This document shows, piece by piece, positions 39,680 to 45,927 of a DNA stretch of 54,517 bases. Position numbers and translations under genes: made by a program. Origin of the DNA: a virus (Duplodnaviria > Caudoviricetes); the IMG/VR virus record IMGVR_UViG_3300044577_000018, positions 1 to 54,517 of that record, one strand, 5' to 3'. The notes under the pieces were generated by a model, which saw nothing but the letters and a program-made list of their open reading frames with translations, searched no databases and was not told the DNA's origin. Position 1 is the stretch's first letter, and every line of letters begins with the position of its first letter.

Positions 39680-40780
39680 ATGACAGCGACAATGACAGTA
39701 GCGAAGTCCCCGAAGCGCAAGCTAAGCCGCCGGGAAAAACAACGTAGATTAGACCTAAAGATCAAGCTTAGAAAAGCTCGCCGATCCAACCTGCCCGACT
39801 ACAAACAGCGCATTACCGACTACCTCACCCGCGATCCCAACGATCTAGAACCCCTGCGTTGCTGCAACTTTCAGCACTACGTCCGCTACTTTCTAGCTGC
39901 TCCCAATGTAGTAGAGAGGGCCTTTCGCCCCTGTAGAGCATGTGCCGACGACATGATCGAAACGGTGAAGATAGCGCGCGACGGCGACAAGGCCGTTACC
40001 GACAGCTGGGGCAACCGTTGCAGACTTGAGTTAGCGTCTACCAAAAACGAGTACAACGCCTTACGCAAGAAGATCACCCGCTCGGGCTGCAAACAGCATT
40101 TTATGATCAGGGCTGACGACGACCTCGTAGCCGTGCTCATACATCCGGACGCCGATATAGGCGTATTCTATGACGACGCCTTAGAGCTGCTCAATACCAT
40201 TTACGGGGAATGGACCGACCCGTCGATAGGAGGTACCTTGACGACTAGCGGACGGCACAGAAATAAGAAAAAGGGCAAGGGACGGGGCAGGGGACAGAAT
40301 GTCTCACCTGGGGGTAGGCAGAGTATACCCGCTAATGGGACACCCGAGACGTCTAACGAGCAGCCGGAGGTACAGCAAGTGACTAAAACGGGACAGCGCA
40401 CAGACGCCGTTCCCGCCTCTATGAATCCTGAAGACTTCGTAAGTGATGAAAACGAGAGGGTAGTCGCTTCTATGAATCCGGACGACATGACTGATGAGCC
40501 CGAAACCGAGCTGCTAACAGAGGAACAACGCTATACAGTCGCTATGTTGCCCAATGATACCCCTTATTCACAGCTACCCGAGGACGTCCGTAAAACCCTA
40601 CGTGATGGGCGTACTACCTCCTGGGGGCTTTCTCCTCCGGGTTTTATGGAATGTGCGGAAAAGAATGGGGCTCAGAATTTCCTCATACGCGGTCGACACA
40701 TTACGTGGATACCGCGTGAGAGCTATAAGAAGTTCAGGCATGAGGTAGAGAATTACAAGCCTGAGCTCGTTACCCCTTAG
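39680..40780 (+). CDS. Hypothetical protein with repeated ASMNP motif
   Basis: GGAG RBS before the ATG at 39680; long ORF. Confidence 0.5.
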   Translation: MTATMTVAKSPKRKLSRREKQRRLDLKIKLRKARRSNLPDYKQRITDYLTRDPNDLEPLRCCNFQHYVRYFLAAPNVVERAFRPCRACADDMIETVKIARDGDKAVTDSWGNRCRLELASTKNEYNALRKKITRSGCKQHFMIRADDDLVAVLIHPDADIGVFYDDALELLNTIYGEWTDPSIGGTLTTSGRHRNKKKGKGRGRGQNVSPGGRQSIPANGTPETSNEQPEVQQVTKTGQRTDAVPASMNPEDFVSDENERVVASMNPDDMTDEPETELLTEEQRYTVAMLPNDTPYSQLPEDVRKTLRDGRTTSWGLSPPGFMECAEKNGAQNFLIRGRHITWIPRESYKKFRHEVENYKPELVTP

Positions 40781-40802
40781 CGACTAAAGGAGCCCCCTCA
40801 CC

Positions 40803-41600
40803 GTGGCCAAGACGCCGGAGCACCTCAGACCCGACCCCTCTGTCATCTGGGAGGACGCCCCCACCGAGTTCGTCCGCCGCTTTACCCATATGGGTATTTA
40901 CGGTGATACCGGCACCGGGCGCACCTCTCTTGCTCTTACCGCACCTGGTCCTATCGGACTCGCCCACACGGCTGAGAAGATCGACGGCGTGGTACAGCAG
41001 CACTCAAAAGAGAAGGTGATCCGCGTCGTCAACTTCGGCGGCGTTTTCTCCGGCAGCCCCCAGCAGATAGCCGAGCAAGCAAACCCCAAATGGGAAGCGC
41101 TCAAGGTTGCTTGGAATGACGGCGTCGATAACTGGGCCAAGACTGTAGTCATGGATACCGACACCGAGGCGTGGGAGATATTACGCCTCGCACGCTTCGG
41201 CACTCTTGCACCTAAGGGGCGCATGGATAACCTCTACGGTCCCGTCAACGCAGAGTGGCGCGGCGTCATCAAACGGCATCGGCTAACCGAGCGCTGCAAC
41301 GTCATCACCATAGGGCAAGCCAAGGACGAGTACATAGAAAAGAAAACCGACAAAGGATCCATGGGCCAGCGTACGGGTCGCACTGTTCGAGCTGGGCAAA
41401 AGGAGATCCCCTACATGGCGGATGTCATCGTACGTACACATAAGACTTATGCCGATGACGGCGGAGTTGTGTTCTCGGCTGTGATCGAGAAGGGTTGGTT
41501 TAATGCTTTTATCGAAGGCATGGAAGTCTTCGGGGATGAGGTGCGGTTCAGTTACATTATGAGTTTGGTAACCGAGACAGACGAGGAAGAATGGTTGTGA
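40803..41600 (+). CDS. AAA_24/Sak4-like ATPase
   Basis: IYGDTGTGRT Walker A variant, TVVMDT Walker B, PYMADVIVR. Confidence 0.75.
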   Translation: MAKTPEHLRPDPSVIWEDAPTEFVRRFTHMGIYGDTGTGRTSLALTAPGPIGLAHTAEKIDGVVQQHSKEKVIRVVNFGGVFSGSPQQIAEQANPKWEALKVAWNDGVDNWAKTVVMDTDTEAWEILRLARFGTLAPKGRMDNLYGPVNAEWRGVIKRHRLTERCNVITIGQAKDEYIEKKTDKGSMGQRTGRTVRAGQKEIPYMADVIVRTHKTYADDGGVVFSAVIEKGWFNAFIEGMEVFGDEVRFSYIMSLVTETDEEEWL

Positions 41601-42376
41601 GGCGACATGGCGGGCGAGACCCGGTATGGTACGGCGCGGTCGGGTGCGGTCTGGTTAGGTCAGGCAGACGGGGCACGGAGAGACGGGGCGGGGCAAGACA
41701 CGGCCAGGCGTGGAATGGCTCGGTGGAGGTGAGGTCAGGTGAGGCAGGCGGGGCCGGGCGGGGCCGGGTATGGCCCAGTCAGGCGCGATGCGGCATGGTA
41801 AGACAAGGCAGGCGCGGTGGTGGCAGGGCTCGGTACGGTCAGGTCGGGCTGGATAAGGTTCGGTGAGGCAGGCATGGCATGGTCCGGAAAGGCTAGGTAC
41901 GGCAGGCGGGGCAGGTGTGGTCTGGCCGGGCTGGGCAGCATGAGGCACGGTTCGGTGTGGCATGGCTCGGTCGGATTCGGTACGGTTGGGTACGGCTGGT
42001 GAGGCTCGGCACGGCCCGGCGAGGTTAGGCGCGGCTCGGTGAGGTCGGGTCTGGTGGGGTTGGGTACGGTTCGGCGCGGCCTGGTCGGGTCAGGTCCGGC
42101 TGGGCAGGGCAGGCGAGGTGTGGTGACGTCAGGCAAGGCATGGTTGGGTGACGCCAGACAAGGTACGACGAGGCAGACAGAGCACGGCACGATTGGGTGT
42201 GGTGAGCCAAGGTGTGGTGGGGCAAGGCAGGCAGGTCGAGGTCCGGTTAGGTCGGGCGCGATCCGGCGTGGTAGAGCAAGGCAGGCAAGGCAGGCGCGAT
42301 ATGGCGCGGTCTGGTACGACCCGGCGTGGCTCGGTAAGGTTCGGTCTGGTCTGATAGGGCATGGCAGGCAAGGCAA
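41601..42376 (+). repeat. GGY-NN pentamer array 1 (candidate guide-RNA array)
   Basis: 5-nt periodicity; 22 consecutive perfect GGYNN units at 41998-42107; phase reset by GGCA 4-mers. Confidence 0.9.
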
Positions 42377-42502
42377 AGGAGGAAGAAAGGATGAGCAGAA
42401 AACGAATAAGGACAGCCCGTAAGGTTGGAAAGGTACGAGGAGATCAAAAGGGATCCTAATGGTGGGTTCTCTTTGAAGTACAACGAAAAGAAGGAGCAAA
42501 AA

Positions 42503-43387
42503 ATGGCAGTAGCAAAGAAGAAACCAAACGCGCAAGAAGAGATCCCAGTTCTAGAGATCACACAAGGTTGTATCGACTTCCATATAGTCGGTACCACGCC
42601 TCTGATCTGTAACTCTATGTCCGAGAAGGCTGCGCACGAGTTGCTTTTGCCCAAGGGCCGGAAGACGGACGCCGAGAAACGATCCACTTTAAAGCATAAT
42701 CCGCCTGAGGAGTACCGCGACAGCATCTACCGGGCTACCGAGAGTGATGCACCGACACGCATTACGATCTTAGCCACGTCGTTCAAGAGTGCTTTGCGCG
42801 ATGCGGCGATCGACATGCCGGATGTCAACAAGTCACAGATCGGACGCTTGACATACGTGGAGGGGGACTATCGCAACGGGAGCTATGTGCACATTTACGG
42901 TGTCCCTGAATTGCACATGTGTTTCGTACGTAGCGCCAATATGGCCCGTACTCCGGACGTCCGTACCCGTGCGATCATACCTGAATGGGCCTGCATCCTT
43001 CGCATCAAGTACACTATGCCTCTGCTACGCGAGAGATCGGTTAGTAATTTGTTGGCCGCTTCGGGACTCATTCGGGGTGTAGGAGACTGGCGCCCAGAGA
43101 AAGGTTCAGGCAGCTACGGACAATTCAAGCTTGTGCCCAAGAGCGACAGTCAATTCAAGCGGATCGTGAAAAACGGCGGACGCGAAGATCAGGATTCGGC
43201 TCTGCTGAACCCTTCTTGCTACGACGGCGAGACGGCTAAGCTACTTACGTGGTTCCATAGTGAGTTGTCGAATCGCGGCTTCGATGAAAAGGGTCGTCCT
43301 ATCGGTACCCTTGCCAAGTCGGATAGTAATGCCTTCGTAGACAACGGTGAAGATGAGACGCACGACGAGGCTCGTCTTCAGGGCTAA
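42503..43387 (+). CDS. RAMP/Cas7-like protein (candidate RNA-guided effector)
   Basis: AAGGAG RBS; HIVGTTPLI, ILATSFKSALRDAA, and C-terminal Gly-rich loop GVGDWRPEKGSGSYGQF. Confidence 0.65.
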   Translation: MAVAKKKPNAQEEIPVLEITQGCIDFHIVGTTPLICNSMSEKAAHELLLPKGRKTDAEKRSTLKHNPPEEYRDSIYRATESDAPTRITILATSFKSALRDAAIDMPDVNKSQIGRLTYVEGDYRNGSYVHIYGVPELHMCFVRSANMARTPDVRTRAIIPEWACILRIKYTMPLLRERSVSNLLAASGLIRGVGDWRPEKGSGSYGQFKLVPKSDSQFKRIVKNGGREDQDSALLNPSCYDGETAKLLTWFHSELSNRGFDEKGRPIGTLAKSDSNAFVDNGEDETHDEARLQG

Positions 43388-43395
43388 CCCATTTT

Positions 43396-43446
43396 GATTC
43401 AGAGCTGCCGCTTGAAAGTTAAAAGCGGCAGCTCTGAATCTTTTAT
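43396..43446 (+). terminator. 18-bp perfect hairpin, terminator-like
   Basis: GATTCAGAGCTGCCGCTT / AAGCGGCAGCTCTGAATC with 9-nt loop, followed by TTTTAT. Confidence 0.7.
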
Positions 43447-43460
43447 CAGGAGGTTTTCAA

Positions 43461-43970
43461 ATGAACATGCCCAACACCAAAAGACGCGCGTTAGTAGAAA
43501 ACGCCATACGTGCACTAGAAGATGATCAAGGTTGCATAACGCCTGAGAATGTTATCGACGTCGCAAGGGATCCCAGAAGCGCTTTGCACTCAGAGTTCGA
43601 ATGGGATGACGCCAAGGCCGGACACGCCCACCGTCTGGACCAAGCTCGGGTACTCATTCGCAGTGTCAAGGTGGTCGTCACAATTGAAAGACACACGATC
43701 GCCGCTCCCTACTATGTGCGTGACCCTAATGTGCAGCCGGCCGAACAGGGCTATGTCGCGCTCGAACGCATACAAAAGGATCCACAAGGTGCGTTAGCTA
43801 TGCTGAATTACGAATTTACGCGGGCTAACGCACACTTGACGAGAGCGGAAGAGATAGCGGAGGCGGTTGGTATGAAGGCTGATTTGGCAGCTGCTATACG
43901 TAACGCTCGAGCTGCTAGCAAGAAGATCGAGAAGACGGTTAAGCGTTTGAAGGACAAGGGCGAAGAGTGA
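43461..43970 (+). CDS. Conserved-looking phage protein, partner of the RAMP-like gene
   Basis: AGGAGG RBS; ITPENVIDVARDPRSALHSEFEWDD..A...RLDQAR.LI. Confidence 0.7.
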   Translation: MNMPNTKRRALVENAIRALEDDQGCITPENVIDVARDPRSALHSEFEWDDAKAGHAHRLDQARVLIRSVKVVVTIERHTIAAPYYVRDPNVQPAEQGYVALERIQKDPQGALAMLNYEFTRANAHLTRAEEIAEAVGMKADLAAAIRNARAASKKIEKTVKRLKDKGEE

Positions 43971-43971
43971 C

Positions 43972-44531
43972 GGCAGGGTTAGATGCGGCCCGGTTCGGTC
44001 GGGCGCGGCTTGGCGGGTATGGCGCGGCAGGGCGAGGTGAGGTTCAGTCTGGTGAGGCTGGGCGAGGCGGGGTGAGGTATGGTCTGGTAAGGCAGGTGCG
44101 GCCGGGTTAGGTCTGGTCGGGCGAGATCAGGCGAGATGTGGCTTGGTCTGGTGAGGCAGGCAAAGGCAAGGCGCGGTACGGCTTGGTGGGGTCGAGTGAG
44201 GCTTGACTCGGCAGTCGGGGTCCGGCCCGGTTTGGCGCGGCAAGGTTAGGTAAGGCAGGTACGGCCCGACGGGGCTTGGTACGATAGGGTTGGGCGAGGT
44301 TCGGTAAGGCGTGGCAGGTGCGGTAGGTTCGGCTGGGTATAGTCTGGTTGGTCAGGTTCGGTAGGGTATGGTGCGGTCGGGTCCGGCGTGGCAGGCGAGA
44401 CACGGACTGGCCAGGTGAGGCGAGGCTGGGTTGGGCCGGGCGTGGTTTGGTACGGCAGACGAGGTTAGGTCAGGTAGGGCACGGTATTGTATGACTCGGT
44501 TCGGTTCGGTGAGGCAGGCGGGACTCGGCTT
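43972..44531 (+). repeat. GGY-NN pentamer array 2 (candidate guide-RNA array)
   Basis: Same grammar as array 1; GGCA at 44091, 44155, 44210, 44254, 44313, 44390, 44454 and 44513. Confidence 0.9.
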
Positions 44532-44561
44532 AGATCGCGGGAGTAGGGGCAGAATGGTAAA

Positions 44562-45305
44562 GTGCTGATAGATGACCGTGCCGGCTCCCGTGATCTGATA
44601 GGCTACTCGCCCCTTACCTCAACTTCCGAACTCACTCGCCTGGACTCTGGCGATGCCCTTATAACCGGCAACGGTCCTAACGATTCGGTTCTACTCATAG
44701 GCGTCGAGCTGAAAACCATATCCGATCTACTCTCCTCCACCGCAACCGGACGCCTACAAGCAACCCAGCTCCCGGCTATGCTCAAGCACTACGATATCTC
44801 CTACCTTCTGTACTACGGTCATTACCGATCGGGGCGCAAGGGCGAGCTACAGACTTACCGCTACACCAAACGACGCAAGCGTTACGAGTGGCGATCCATA
44901 CCCATTAGCCGATCGCGTTTGATACCGTACTCGTATCTCGACAGCTTCCTACTGACTCTGAGCGCTGTAGGCGTACGCTTGAAGCACGTAGAGTCCATAA
45001 CCCATGCGGCTCTATGGCTTGGCATTCTCGAGAAGTGGTGGTCGAAGCCGTGGGACAAGCACAGGGCGCTACATACGTTTGACAACTCGAGTACGATAAG
45101 CCTTTTGCCGGGCTTAGATCCGGACGTGCTACAGCGCGCGCGGGTGGCCCAACAGTTGCCGGGAGTAGGCTTCGAGCGCGCGGTAGCTGCGGCAAGACAC
45201 TTCTCAAGCATACGAGACATGATGAATGCTACAGCCGAGCAGTGGGAAGAGATAGAGGGGATCGGTAAGGTGGTAGCGAAGGCGGTTGAAAGAGCTATTA
45301 GATGA
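44562..45305 (+). CDS. ERCC4/XPF-like nuclease with C-terminal HhH
   Basis: LIDDR, SGD, GVELK..SDL..S...GRL..Q, LPGVG, IEGIG. Confidence 0.8.
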   Translation: MLIDDRAGSRDLIGYSPLTSTSELTRLDSGDALITGNGPNDSVLLIGVELKTISDLLSSTATGRLQATQLPAMLKHYDISYLLYYGHYRSGRKGELQTYRYTKRRKRYEWRSIPISRSRLIPYSYLDSFLLTLSAVGVRLKHVESITHAALWLGILEKWWSKPWDKHRALHTFDNSSTISLLPGLDPDVLQRARVAQQLPGVGFERAVAAARHFSSIRDMMNATAEQWEEIEGIGKVVAKAVERAIR

Positions 45306-45624
45306 CTGCAACGATTCGCTGCTCCCGTTGCCCTAGGGAAGCTACGCACGAGTGCTATATATGCTCTTGTCTACAAAATAATGAGCCTGATTGAAAGGGG
45401 CTATTCGATGATCTCTGAACGCAAGGACAAGCGCTACCGCAGAGTTAGAAGACGGACGCAGATACCCGCTCACAGAAAGTACGCTGCCGAAGTTCACCGG
45501 GTCGCTACGGCTCATCTCGAAGTGTTGTCATGTTGCGCCACGATGACCGACGCTATTAGACACATCACCAGATCAGGCCGAGTACCCACTGTATGGAAAA
45601 AACCGTGACGTTGGGCGCAAGGAA

Positions 45625-45891
45625 GTGAAGCTCAAGGGCTGGGGTAAGGGCGTCTTGAATCTACGCACTGGACCCATTAGACCTGACACTCTTGAGCTCT
45701 GGATTCTTATCGACGGCCGCCCTAATATGTGGCACAAGCCCCGTGTCTCTACCCGATCGCACGGATCTCATGTTCTAACTCTCTGCGGCAGAAAAATGCG
45801 TAATACCGGCGTCTCCGCTGTCGACCATCTTAGAGACGAGCCTTGGCTGCAACCGCAACCCCGGTGCAAACGCTGCCGTATAGCCACTTGA
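45625..45891 (+). CDS. Hypothetical protein
   Basis: H...TLCG...CKRC possible zinc site. Confidence 0.4.
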   Translation: MKLKGWGKGVLNLRTGPIRPDTLELWILIDGRPNMWHKPRVSTRSHGSHVLTLCGRKMRNTGVSAVDHLRDEPWLQPQPRCKRCRIAT

Positions 45892-45917
45892 CAGCTAGTC
45901 ACGTCGTGTGTTAGCTT
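45888..45917 (+). promoter_or_regulatory. Putative promoter for the polymerase gene
   Basis: TTGACA-N18-TAGCTT; shares CACTTGACAGCTAGTCACGT with 34083-34102. Confidence 0.6.
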
Positions 45918-45927
45918 TCTAATTGCC

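Noticed and set aside
42425-42502. Longer start for the RAMP-like ORF given in the track
   Set aside because: The ATG at 42503 has a clear AAGGAG RBS; the upstream TTG start is less convincing
41591-42726. Many overlapping Gly/Arg- or Pro-rich ORFs on both strands over array 1
   Set aside because: They are by-products of a period-5 repeat that is poor in stop codons; period 5 does not fit codon structure
44107-44403. Minus-strand ORF over array 2
   Set aside because: Same repeat artefact
41601-44531. Canonical CRISPR array, simple microsatellite or pure G-quadruplex tract
   Set aside because: There are no long identical repeats with spacers and the units are not homogeneous. G4 folding is possible but does not explain the fixed pyrimidine, the GGCA punctuation or the adjacent RAMP-like gene
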